Positions 24,429 to 32,000 of a DNA stretch of 32,000 bases are shown in pieces. The stretch lies in NCBI RefSeq assembly GCF_035285525.1, contig NZ_JAYKGW010000173.1:1-32000 (forward strand), read 5' to 3'. Under the pieces are notes generated by a model. That model worked only from the letters and a program-made list of their open reading frames with translations, was not told where the DNA came from and ran no database searches. Each line of letters starts with the position of its first letter. Positions within the stretch are counted from its first letter, which is position 1. This stretch comes from Okeania sp. Its GTDB lineage: Bacteria > Cyanobacteriota > Cyanobacteriia > Cyanobacteriales > Microcoleaceae. The position numbers and the translations under genes are program-made.

Positions 24429-27400
24429 ATGAATCCCAGTCCCGAACCACAAATTAATTATTTCCGAGAATGGACTAATAGCTGTGTTGATGACCAATTA
24501 ATTAAGCTCAATGTTGTCCCTTTAGAAGGACAAGAACCTTATGAATTTTTATTTTATTCTGATGCTATTCCGCGACGCAATGATGGTCGAGTAACGAGCG
24601 AAATATTAAGGCGATATGAACATATTGAGGAAGGTGGATGGTGGTGTTCTGGAATTGATTTATTGTCCGGAGAGGAGGACCTTTGGGGTTGTTTTAAGCC
24701 TAGTCAACCACGTCATAGTTACGACGAAAAAAAGTTAATTAAATACGAACATCCTCCGAAGACTCCTACGAGTTTATTTGCTCTGAAAATTCCTCTACAT
24801 TTATGGCAGAAAATAGCTGGTCGTTATCAATTAGAAATTCTTCGGGAAGATATCGATCATAATCAACCAGATTTGGGTTTTTGGCAGTGGTTTATGAAGC
24901 ATCCTGAGATTCCTTTATGTATTACTGAAGGAGCGAAAAAAGCGGGTGCTTTACTAACAGCATCTTATGTGGCTATTGCTTTACCAGGAGTATTTGGGGG
25001 ATATCGAGTTTTGAGAGATGAATATGGGAATCGTATTGGCAAAGCAAATTTAATTCCTCAGTTAGAAAAGTTGATTAATAATCATCGAGAAGTTTATATT
25101 GTATTTGACCAAGATACTAAACCGAAAACTATTAAAAATGTTAATGCTGCGATTAGAAAAACTGGATATTTACTGGCTAGAAAAGGATGTAATGTTAAAG
25201 TAGTTTCCTGGAATCCAGAGTTAGGAAAGGGAGTTGATGATTTAATCGCTAATCAGGGAAAAAATGTTTTTGATGAAGTTTATGAAAAGGCTTTACTTTT
25301 AGAACTTTGGAAAGCTAAATCATTTATTCGTCTCACATATCCTGTAAATTTGAGGGTTAATAGTCGTTATCTTTCAGAAGAGAATATTTTTAGTTCTTTA
25401 GGCAATAAGAATTTACAGAAGTTAGATAATCTGGATTTAGCTTATAGTACAAATTTTCCAGCCAAACTTGTAGGGATAAAATCTGCTAAAGGAACTGGAA
25501 AAACTAAATTATTAGAAAAAATAGTTGCGGAAGCTGTAGCTAGGAATAAAAAAGTTTTAGTTATCGGTCATCGGGTACAGTTAGTACAAGAATTATGTCA
25601 ACGTTTTGGATTGAAATATATTACAGAAGCCAATTCAGAATCTCCAGATAATTTATTAGGTTTAGGTTTATGTATTGACTCTTTACATCCTAATTCCCAA
25701 GCAAATTTTAATCCAGAAACTTGGTCAGATGGAGTAGTAATTATTGATGAAATTGAACAGGTAATTTGGCATGGTTTAAATTCTAATACTTGTCGGCAAA
25801 ATAGAGTAGAAATTCTCAGATGTTTTAAAACATTAATGCAAAATGTTTTAGGAGGAGTTGGTCAAGTATTTATAGCTGATTCTGACTTAAGCGATATTTC
25901 CATAGATTATTTAGCAGCTTTAGCAGGAATAAAAGTAGAACCTTTTATTATTCAAAATGATTGGTTGCCTGGAGAAAAAGAAGCTTGGCAAATTTTTAAT
26001 TATCCAGAAACAACTCCCAAAAAATTAATAGCAGATTTACACAAACATATTTCTGAAGGTGGCAAACCAATGGTTTGTTTATCGGCGCAAAAATTAACAA
26101 GTAAATGGGGAACTCGTGCTTTGGAAGCTTATCTGAAAAAACAGTTTCCCCAGTTCAAAATATTGAGAATAGATTCGGAATCTTTAGCTGAACCAAATCA
26201 TCCTGCTTATGGTTGTATTAAATCATTAAATCAAGTCTTACCAACATACGATATTGTGTTAGCTTCTCCCTCAATTGAAACTGGAGTTAGTGTCGATATT
26301 CAAGGGCATTTTACTTCAGTTTGGGCAATTGCTCAGGGGGTGCAGGGAGCAACTTCTGTTTGTCAATCTTTGGGGAGAGTTCGTGAGAATATTCCGAGAT
26401 ATTTATGGGTAGCAAATTCTGGTTTTAATAAGGTCGGTAATGGTTCGACTTCTATCACTTCTTTGCTCAATTCTGAAGAACGTTTGACTCAACTAAATAT
26501 TAGATTATTACAACAATCTGATTTTGATAGTTTGGACGATTTAGAAGTAAATTTTCAACCAGAATCTTTTTTGTGTTGGGCAAAAATGGCGGTACGTTTT
26601 AATGCGGGAATGAATAAATATCGAGAATCTGTTTTAGAATTTTTACAAAAAGAAGGGCATCAGATTAAAGAAATTTCTACAGAAGTTTTATCCGATAATT
26701 CAGAAGCAGAAAAATCATCGGAAACTCCGATAGAAGTTAATAATTTCCAGGAAGTTATAGACACCGTAATTAAACAAAATTATCAGAGAGAATGTGAGGC
26801 GATCGCTACGGCGAAAAATATTAGTTTATCTGAGTATGAGAAACTCAAAAAAAGATTATCAAAACCAATTCAAAAACAACGGGAACAACGGAAATTTCAA
26901 TTAATGTTACGTTATAATATTCCTATAACTACTGAATTAGTTGAAAAAGATGATGAAGGTTGGTACGAACAGTTAGAATTACATTATTTTCTGACAGTAG
27001 GACGACCATATTTAGGAGCGCGAGATAAGGAAGTTGCCAAAAAATTGTTGGATTTAGGTAAAGGTAATATTTTTATTCCTGATTTTAATGATTGTTTATT
27101 AGGGGCAATTATTGGGGTAATGGAATTATTAAAAATCCCCTCGTTATTGAAGGATAAAAACCGGGAGTTGAAAAATATAGATCCAGATTTACAGTTGTTA
27201 GGAAAAACAGCTTTGGCAAATAGAAATGAAATTAAAACTATATTAGGAATAGGGTTAGCTGCTAGTTCGAGTCCGATTATAATTGTGCGACGTTTTTTAG
27301 AGAAAATTGGTTATAGTTTAGAATTTTTACGAACAGAAACTCATCAGAAAAAACGATTGAGAATTTATCGGATTGTTAATGCTGATGATGGTAGATTTGA

Positions 27401-27455
27401 AATATTTCAGCAATGGTTAAGTGGGGGGAAATTAGAGTCCAGTAGGGTGTGTTAG
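24429..27455 (+). CDS. CyRepA-type replication protein (N-terminal Toprim-like/DUF3854 domain + P-loop helicase-like domain)
   Basis: 1008 aa. The N-terminus has EWTNSCVDDQLIKLNV..GGWWCSGIDL..FKPSQPR..LIKYEHPPK. Toprim-like motifs are ITEGAKKAGALL and IVFDQDTKPKT..GKGVDDLI. Walker A is SAKGTGKTK (about 25480-25508) and Walker B is VVIIDEIEQ (about 25735-25760). This architecture matches cyanobacterial plasmid Rep proteins annotated as the CyRepA1 family. Confidence 0.8.
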   Translation: MNPSPEPQINYFREWTNSCVDDQLIKLNVVPLEGQEPYEFLFYSDAIPRRNDGRVTSEILRRYEHIEEGGWWCSGIDLLSGEEDLWGCFKPSQPRHSYDEKKLIKYEHPPKTPTSLFALKIPLHLWQKIAGRYQLEILREDIDHNQPDLGFWQWFMKHPEIPLCITEGAKKAGALLTASYVAIALPGVFGGYRVLRDEYGNRIGKANLIPQLEKLINNHREVYIVFDQDTKPKTIKNVNAAIRKTGYLLARKGCNVKVVSWNPELGKGVDDLIANQGKNVFDEVYEKALLLELWKAKSFIRLTYPVNLRVNSRYLSEENIFSSLGNKNLQKLDNLDLAYSTNFPAKLVGIKSAKGTGKTKLLEKIVAEAVARNKKVLVIGHRVQLVQELCQRFGLKYITEANSESPDNLLGLGLCIDSLHPNSQANFNPETWSDGVVIIDEIEQVIWHGLNSNTCRQNRVEILRCFKTLMQNVLGGVGQVFIADSDLSDISIDYLAALAGIKVEPFIIQNDWLPGEKEAWQIFNYPETTPKKLIADLHKHISEGGKPMVCLSAQKLTSKWGTRALEAYLKKQFPQFKILRIDSESLAEPNHPAYGCIKSLNQVLPTYDIVLASPSIETGVSVDIQGHFTSVWAIAQGVQGATSVCQSLGRVRENIPRYLWVANSGFNKVGNGSTSITSLLNSEERLTQLNIRLLQQSDFDSLDDLEVNFQPESFLCWAKMAVRFNAGMNKYRESVLEFLQKEGHQIKEISTEVLSDNSEAEKSSETPIEVNNFQEVIDTVIKQNYQRECEAIATAKNISLSEYEKLKKRLSKPIQKQREQRKFQLMLRYNIPITTELVEKDDEGWYEQLELHYFLTVGRPYLGARDKEVAKKLLDLGKGNIFIPDFNDCLLGAIIGVMELLKIPSLLKDKNRELKNIDPDLQLLGKTALANRNEIKTILGIGLAASSSPIIIVRRFLEKIGYSLEFLRTETHQKKRLRIYRIVNADDGRFEIFQQWLSGGKLESSRVC

Positions 27456-27584
27456 GCGCTAGCCGTAACGCACCGCTATTAAATTAATTGAAAAGTCATA
27501 TAAGGAATTAATAATCGAGTAATCTGTAGGGTAGTTTAAGCATTCCTAAAAGATGGTGCGTTACGCTCCGCTAACACACCCTAC
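27442..27584. repeat. Large imperfect inverted repeat (cyanobacterial GTAGGGTG..CGTAACGCACC palindromic element)
   Basis: The left arm GTAGGGTGTGTTAGGCGCTAGCCGTAACGCACC (27442-27474) contains the last 4 codons and the stop of the Rep gene. The right arm GGTGCGTTACGCTCCGCTAACACACCCTAC lies at 27555-27584. The outer 14 nt and inner 11 nt are perfectly complementary. Confidence 0.85.
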
Positions 27585-27718
27585 TAGCTATAACTTTTGG
27601 AATTGATTCGCTTTAATTTTATATTTTTCATGGCTGACTCAGGGTATGCTATCCTTATTTTATAACTAGATGAAAGTTAAGAGCAAATTCTAAATATATA
27701 TTAGCAGAGGTAAAATCA

Positions 27719-28912
27719 ATGACAACTAATATAGACATTATAAAAAATACAAGAATAGACATCATAAAAGATACAAGAGCTAATTGTTATTCTGCAATGG
27801 TTCAATTGAATGTAGCAGAATATTTAAAAATGGTAGAAAAAGTATTTAAAAAGAAAGGAGGTTTAGAAGGACAAAGAGACACTTTAAAAACAAGAACAGC
27901 TATTAGGACTCGCCAGAGAATGATTGATGATTTGAAAAAAGGAGCTATACTACCGCCAATAGTTCTAGGAGTTATTACTTCAGAAGAAGAGTTATCTACT
28001 ATTGATAGATTAGATAGAAATGAATTACTAAATGTCATCAATAATCCTGAAAATAGCATATCTATCATTGATGGAATGCAAAGAACAACTGCTTTATATG
28101 AAGCTAAACAAGATACTAATATTAGCGATAATAAAGTTCGGGTAGAATTTTGGATAGCATCTCAAGTAAATAGCTTAATCTATCGAATGTTAGTATTAAA
28201 TACAGGGCAAATTCCTTGGAACTTGAAAAGACAAATTGAAACTGTTTTTCAAGCAAATTTGAAGGAACTAAAAGCAAAATTTCCAGATATAGATATTATC
28301 AAAGTTGATGACCAAGGAAAACGTAGAAATCCTCGTCAATATCATGCTAATAAAGTTATTGAGCTATTTCTAGTATTCGGTGCTAGAAAGGAAAAAGTTG
28401 ACCTACAAGAGACATTAGCTGAAGAGTTTACTAAACAAGACTTTATAGAGTCAGTAGCTAATCCTGATTTTACAAATATATTCTATGAAGTAATGGGATA
28501 TCTAGCTGACTTCGATCTAGCTATATCTGCGTATAAAAATACAAATGAAGAGGGAGATTTTAAAGAAGGTAAAGACTTATTTAGTAGTCATTCAGCTTGT
28601 ATTGGTTTTGTAACTTCTATTGCTATATATGTAAAAGGTAGACCTGGTAATGATTATGATTTAGAAAAACAAAATACAAGATGGAATAAAATAAAAAATA
28701 ATGCTCATCAACTTTTAGAAAAACTAAAAAAAATGGAACCTATTGAAATAGCTGATTTTTTAGATTTTTCAACTCTTAATGAACTGATTAGCAGAAAAAT
28801 AGGTAAACCTCATAATTTTGAAAGAGAGTTTTTTTTAAAGGCTTTTAAATTATTGATAGAGGATAATTTTAGTGTTGAAACAATGACAGAATGTTGGAGA
28901 GCTTACGACTAA
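27719..28912 (+). CDS. DndB/DGQHR-like ParB-fold protein (DUF262-related), orphan
   Basis: 397 aa. It has CYSAMVQLNVAEYLKMV, then LEGQRDTLKTRTAIRTRQRMIDDL, PPIVLGV, and SIIDGMQRTTALYEA (D118-G-M-Q-R). This order and spacing resemble the DGQHR/DGQQR signature region of DndB and DUF262 proteins. The assignment is by motif only. Confidence 0.6.
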   Translation: MTTNIDIIKNTRIDIIKDTRANCYSAMVQLNVAEYLKMVEKVFKKKGGLEGQRDTLKTRTAIRTRQRMIDDLKKGAILPPIVLGVITSEEELSTIDRLDRNELLNVINNPENSISIIDGMQRTTALYEAKQDTNISDNKVRVEFWIASQVNSLIYRMLVLNTGQIPWNLKRQIETVFQANLKELKAKFPDIDIIKVDDQGKRRNPRQYHANKVIELFLVFGARKEKVDLQETLAEEFTKQDFIESVANPDFTNIFYEVMGYLADFDLAISAYKNTNEEGDFKEGKDLFSSHSACIGFVTSIAIYVKGRPGNDYDLEKQNTRWNKIKNNAHQLLEKLKKMEPIEIADFLDFSTLNELISRKIGKPHNFEREFFLKAFKLLIEDNFSVETMTECWRAYD

Positions 28913-28919
28913 TACCAAT

Positions 28920-30008
28920 ATGTCTAGAAATATGATCGAAGCCAATAAATATATATTCAATCAATTAGCTAATTTTGTTGAAGAAAGCAAAATTGATGAT
29001 ACTTTTGATAGACAAAAAAAACGCTATATCGAAACTAATGATGAAGACAAGGAGTGGTTAAAAAAATTAAAAATAACCAACAAAAAATATCCAATTTTAC
29101 CAAATTTTCAAACAGCATCTTTTCAATATGGAGGTAATGATTATTTTGTAGCTATTGGTGTAAAGGAGAATTTAGAAATCAATCAAGAAGAATTTATTCA
29201 ACCTCTAGAATTGAATCCAGGTATATTTACGGCTTTATTATTTGAACTGAAAATATCGGTCGATCAAAAAGCTAATCCTCTTGAAATTACAAATGATTTT
29301 TTTAATGAAGGTGGATATAATTTCCATCAAGTAAAAGATTTTTTTGAACCAATCTTTGTTTATAAAATTCCTAAAAATTCTCCTTTTTTAAGTTTAGATA
29401 ACATAAATATTGCCAGAATTTCTGGTTTCTATGCTGTTAAAAGCAGCCAAGTAATATCATTAAAATTTTTACCAAATACTCTAAATGAATTTGAAAAGCT
29501 ATTCATTGAAGGTTCAAATAATATCCCCTATGAAAGTTTACTATTTAGCTTAGTTTCTGTTTCCTGGAAATATTCATTTCTTGATATTTACAGATGTATT
29601 GAAAGATTATTTCCTATATCAGCATTAGAAGACTTACACAAAAAATTGAAGATTGAATACTCTCTCCTAAACTTTGCTGATGATATTGAGTCTTCTATTG
29701 GTTGGAGACCAAAAGAAAATGAAGCATTGAATAAACTGATTAATAATAATAGTTCTCTTGAAATAGCACGTCAGATACTTCGCGAAGTCAAAGATAATAT
29801 TGAAGGTACAGAAAAGGGAAAACTTGGAGATTTTGTCTATGGCATTCGTAATTCAATAGTGCATTTTAGACCTGCCACAAAGCAAAATAAATTAGATGAT
29901 AATAATTGGGATATGTTAATCTATTCATCTTTGCTAATTATTGAATATTGGTATGAAAAATATGAACCACAATTTACAGATAGTAATTTTAATGATAATG
30001 AGACTTAA
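28920..30008 (+). CDS. Protein with C-terminal HEPN-like domain (Rx4H motif)
   Basis: 362 aa. It starts 7 nt after the upstream stop. FVYGIRNSIVHFRP (R310-N-S-I-V-H315, nt 29847-29864) fits the HEPN R-x4-6-H catalytic motif in its R-N-x-x-x-H form. The preceding predicted helices are SWKYSFLDIYRCIERLF and ENEALNKLINN. The N-terminal ~200 aa are unassigned. Confidence 0.55.
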   Translation: MSRNMIEANKYIFNQLANFVEESKIDDTFDRQKKRYIETNDEDKEWLKKLKITNKKYPILPNFQTASFQYGGNDYFVAIGVKENLEINQEEFIQPLELNPGIFTALLFELKISVDQKANPLEITNDFFNEGGYNFHQVKDFFEPIFVYKIPKNSPFLSLDNINIARISGFYAVKSSQVISLKFLPNTLNEFEKLFIEGSNNIPYESLLFSLVSVSWKYSFLDIYRCIERLFPISALEDLHKKLKIEYSLLNFADDIESSIGWRPKENEALNKLINNNSSLEIARQILREVKDNIEGTEKGKLGDFVYGIRNSIVHFRPATKQNKLDDNNWDMLIYSSLLIIEYWYEKYEPQFTDSNFNDNET

Positions 30009-30012
30009 TTTT

Positions 30013-30057
30013 GTAAGCATTCAGCTATTAAATGAACCTGAATGCTTACTTGATTTT
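30013..30057 (+). terminator. Rho-independent terminator of the DndB-like/HEPN bicistron
   Basis: GTAAGCATTCAG (30013-30024) pairs with CTGAATGCTTAC (30038-30049), followed by ttgatttt. It starts 5 nt after the stop codon. Confidence 0.65.
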
Positions 30058-30105
30058 AATACTAAAAAGCACCAAAAATTACCTTTTCCATAACACCTTA
30101 AAACC

Positions 30106-30698
30106 ATGCAAATTCAACAAAAAAAAACTACACTTCCATCGAATATCTAAACCTTAAAACTAACTCACAAGAACGACACGAATACATTAATGGTGAAATT
30201 ATTCATATAACTTCTGGAACTCCAAATCATAATCAAATTGCCCTTAACTTCAGCGCATCTTTAAATTTTTCCCTTAAACGTCAACCCTATCGAGTTTTTG
30301 TTTTAGACCAACGACTTTGGATTCTGAAAAAACGCATTTATACTTATCCTGATGTTATGGTAACTCCAGGAAATTTACAACTACAACAAGGAAGAAAAGA
30401 CACCATTACCAACCCTATAATAATTGCTGAAGTTTTGTCAAATTCAACTAGAAATTATGACAAAGATGAAAAATTTTCAGCTTATCGAACTATTCCTACA
30501 TTTCAAGAATATCTACTCATAGACCAATACACAATTCCAGTCGAACAATATCACAAAACTGCTCAAAAAAAGTGGATTTTTTCAGAATATAACGAACTCG
30601 AAGAAACTATCTCTCTCAACTCAATTGATTTTCAAATAACCTTGGCAGATATTTACGATCAAGTTGAATTTGAAATAATAGAAAACAGCGATAATTAG
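30106..30698 (+). pseudogene. Uma2-family (DUF820) endonuclease gene with a 1-nt frameshift in an A9 run
   Basis: ATG 30106 gives MQIQQKK, then a stop at 30148. The other frame, from the A-run (30119-30127), reads KKNYTSIEYLNLKTNSQERHEYINGEIIHITSGTPNHNQIALNFSASLNFSLKRQPYRVFVLDQRLWILKKRIYTYPDVMVTPG and continues into the listed 30357-30698 ORF (..RKDTITNPIIIAEVLSNSTRNYDKDEKFSAYRTIPTFQEYLLIDQ). These are typical Uma2 motifs. Confidence 0.75.
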
Positions 30699-30873
30699 AA
30701 ATATTGAAGTTTACATAGCAATTCTAAATTATTCGTGAAAAAAATTGTAGATATTTGGTCTTTAAATTTCACGAAATGTCTATTTGATATGTGATTTAAT
30801 TTTAGCATAAATATTGATAATTAGAGATATTTTTAATTATTAATTATTCATTATAAATTACCAATTATTCCTA

Positions 30874-31485
30874 CTATCCTTTTCTAACTTGTTCTGGTAC
30901 CCCCACTGGAGATAAACCAGCGATCGCTTTTAAATTTTGAGACCTAATTAACTCAGTAAAATTAAAATTATTACGCCCTTCTATTTTAACTATATTTTCA
31001 ATTCCTTGTAATAAATGATTAGCTGCTGCTGGTGCTTCATAACCTCTTCTAGTTGCGATTCTAATTGCCATTTCATCTGCTGCTAATTCTGTTTTTGTAC
31101 TATGATTATTCTGCCACATTCTGGTCAAAGCAATTACACTTAAACCGCTACCCACTAAAATTCCAACTACATCATTTTCAGCTAATTGGGAAATTATCCC
31201 TATTAACCCAACTGCTAAAATACCTTGATTTATATTTGGTTTAAACCATTGAATTTCAGATAACCAACTCACAGTTCTTAATAAGATTAAATCTCGTTGT
31301 GCTTTGGGTAAATTCATCCATAAATCAAAATTGAGATAGATAACACGATTATTTTTCCATGGTACAGGAAAAGTTGTTTTAATAATTGTCGGTTGTTCTG
31401 GTTTTCCAACTATTTTGATTGTCATGCGCCCAGAAGCAGGCATAATATCAAATAAACGGCTAGTTTCAGAAAGTTCAGGATTCAT
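30874..31485 (-). CDS. Conserved cyanobacterial membrane protein (DUF3318-like)
   Basis: 203 aa. MPASGRMTIKIVGKPEQ..INFDLW..QRDLILLRTVSWL followed by hydrophobic helices matches my recollection of the DUF3318 family. The family name is from memory only. Confidence 0.7.
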   Translation of the reverse strand: MNPELSETSRLFDIMPASGRMTIKIVGKPEQPTIIKTTFPVPWKNNRVIYLNFDLWMNLPKAQRDLILLRTVSWLSEIQWFKPNINQGILAVGLIGIISQLAENDVVGILVGSGLSVIALTRMWQNNHSTKTELAADEMAIRIATRRGYEAPAAANHLLQGIENIVKIEGRNNFNFTELIRSQNLKAIAGLSPVGVPEQVRKG

Positions 31486-31724
31486 ATTTTTAACTGCCTC
31501 AATTTATTATAAGTAGTCGTGAAAAATCAATTTTATAATTGAAAGAGGGAAAAGGGAACAGGGAAAAGGGAGTCAACAAAATATGTAATTAATTTTGCAT
31601 AAGCACTTAGTAATAATATAGAACTAATTTAGGGTTTATGGAAAAATAGATTTGGTGATCAAGCAATAAAGAAGAAAAATAAATCTATTTCAGTAACTTG
31701 ATAAACTCTATAGATAGCTACTTT

Positions 31725-32000
31725 TTAATAACCAAAAATTTTGAATATATCTGCTCCTTCTTTTTGAATAAAGTTAATTTCTTCCTGTTGCAAAACCTGA
31801 CGATAACGCCCCACACTAGCGGCAGATATTCCTTTGCCATAAAGTTCTGAATACCAAGGTTTTTCTGCATCACTTAACTGACTATAATTAATTTTAATTC
31901 GCTGCCATTTATCATCTTTTATAGAGCTACTTAAATTTAAACCAGTAAAATCTTGAAGTTGTCGAATTGCTTTTTCAGGATTAAGTACCAAATGTTCATA
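31725..32000 (-). CDS. Sulfotransferase-family protein, C-terminal part (5' end outside window)
   Basis: The frame stays open to the window edge (..YEHLVLNPEKAIRQLQDFTGLNL..). The YE.L...PE......L..F.GL pattern is typical of sulfotransferase C-termini. The M in the ORF track is a TTG inside the longer frame. Confidence 0.5.
   Translation of the reverse strand, partial: YEHLVLNPEKAIRQLQDFTGLNLSSSIKDDKWQRIKINYSQLSDAEKPWYSELYGKGISAASVGRYRQVLQQEEINFIQKEGADIFKIFGY

Noticed and set aside
27719-30008. Interpreting the DndB-like gene as part of a complete Dnd/Ssp phosphorothioation system
   Set aside because: No dndA/C/D/E, sspABCD or dptFGH/pbe-type genes are visible within the window. The gene is tightly coupled only to the HEPN-motif ORF, so it is treated as an orphan DndB-like module.
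1-32000. tRNA, rRNA, tmRNA, integrase or transposase genes
   Set aside because: Scanning both strands by eye found no T-loop-type GGTTCGAATCC-like motif outside coding sequence. No rRNA-like conserved blocks were seen. No ORF has tyrosine or serine recombinase motifs or DDE transposase motifs. A covariance-model scan would be needed to exclude small structured RNAs.

Overview
The window is an AT-rich chromosomal segment from a cyanobacterium, probably a filamentous, Nostocales-like one. Three things support this. I counted about a dozen HIP1 palindromes (GCGATCGC) by eye. Tandem 7-8 nt STRR-type arrays sit in almost every intergenic gap. Several MITE-like dispersed or palindromic repeat families are present. 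Recognisable core genes are queA, rpmF (L32, missed by the ORF track because it is under 60 aa), acsF, a TM2-domain protein, an EEP-family phosphoesterase, an ABC-ATPase-domain protein, an MscS-type channel, a DUF3318-like protein and a partial sulfotransferase. The window opens inside a C5 DNA methyltransferase gene. On the minus strand, 12.6-19.2 kb holds a poly-gamma-glutamate-like cluster. It comprises an extended CapA, PgsB, an internally duplicated PgsC and a pentapeptide-repeat protein. A large secreted VWA/SdrD-B-type protein gene lies just upstream of this cluster on the same strand. The right-hand accessory block (24.4-30.7 kb) carries three elements. The first is a CyRepA-type Toprim/P-loop replication protein. 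The second is a tight bicistron encoding a DndB/DGQHR-like ParB-fold protein and a protein with a C-terminal HEPN Rx4H motif. The third is a frameshifted Uma2 nuclease gene. The DndB-like + HEPN pair has no dnd/ssp partner genes in view and is my best candidate for an undescribed defence or abortive-infection module. Decay signatures include an RTX-type pseudogene and an internally deleted mscS remnant. I saw no rRNA, tRNA, CRISPR array, integrase or transposase. All domain calls come from motif recognition by eye, not from database searches.
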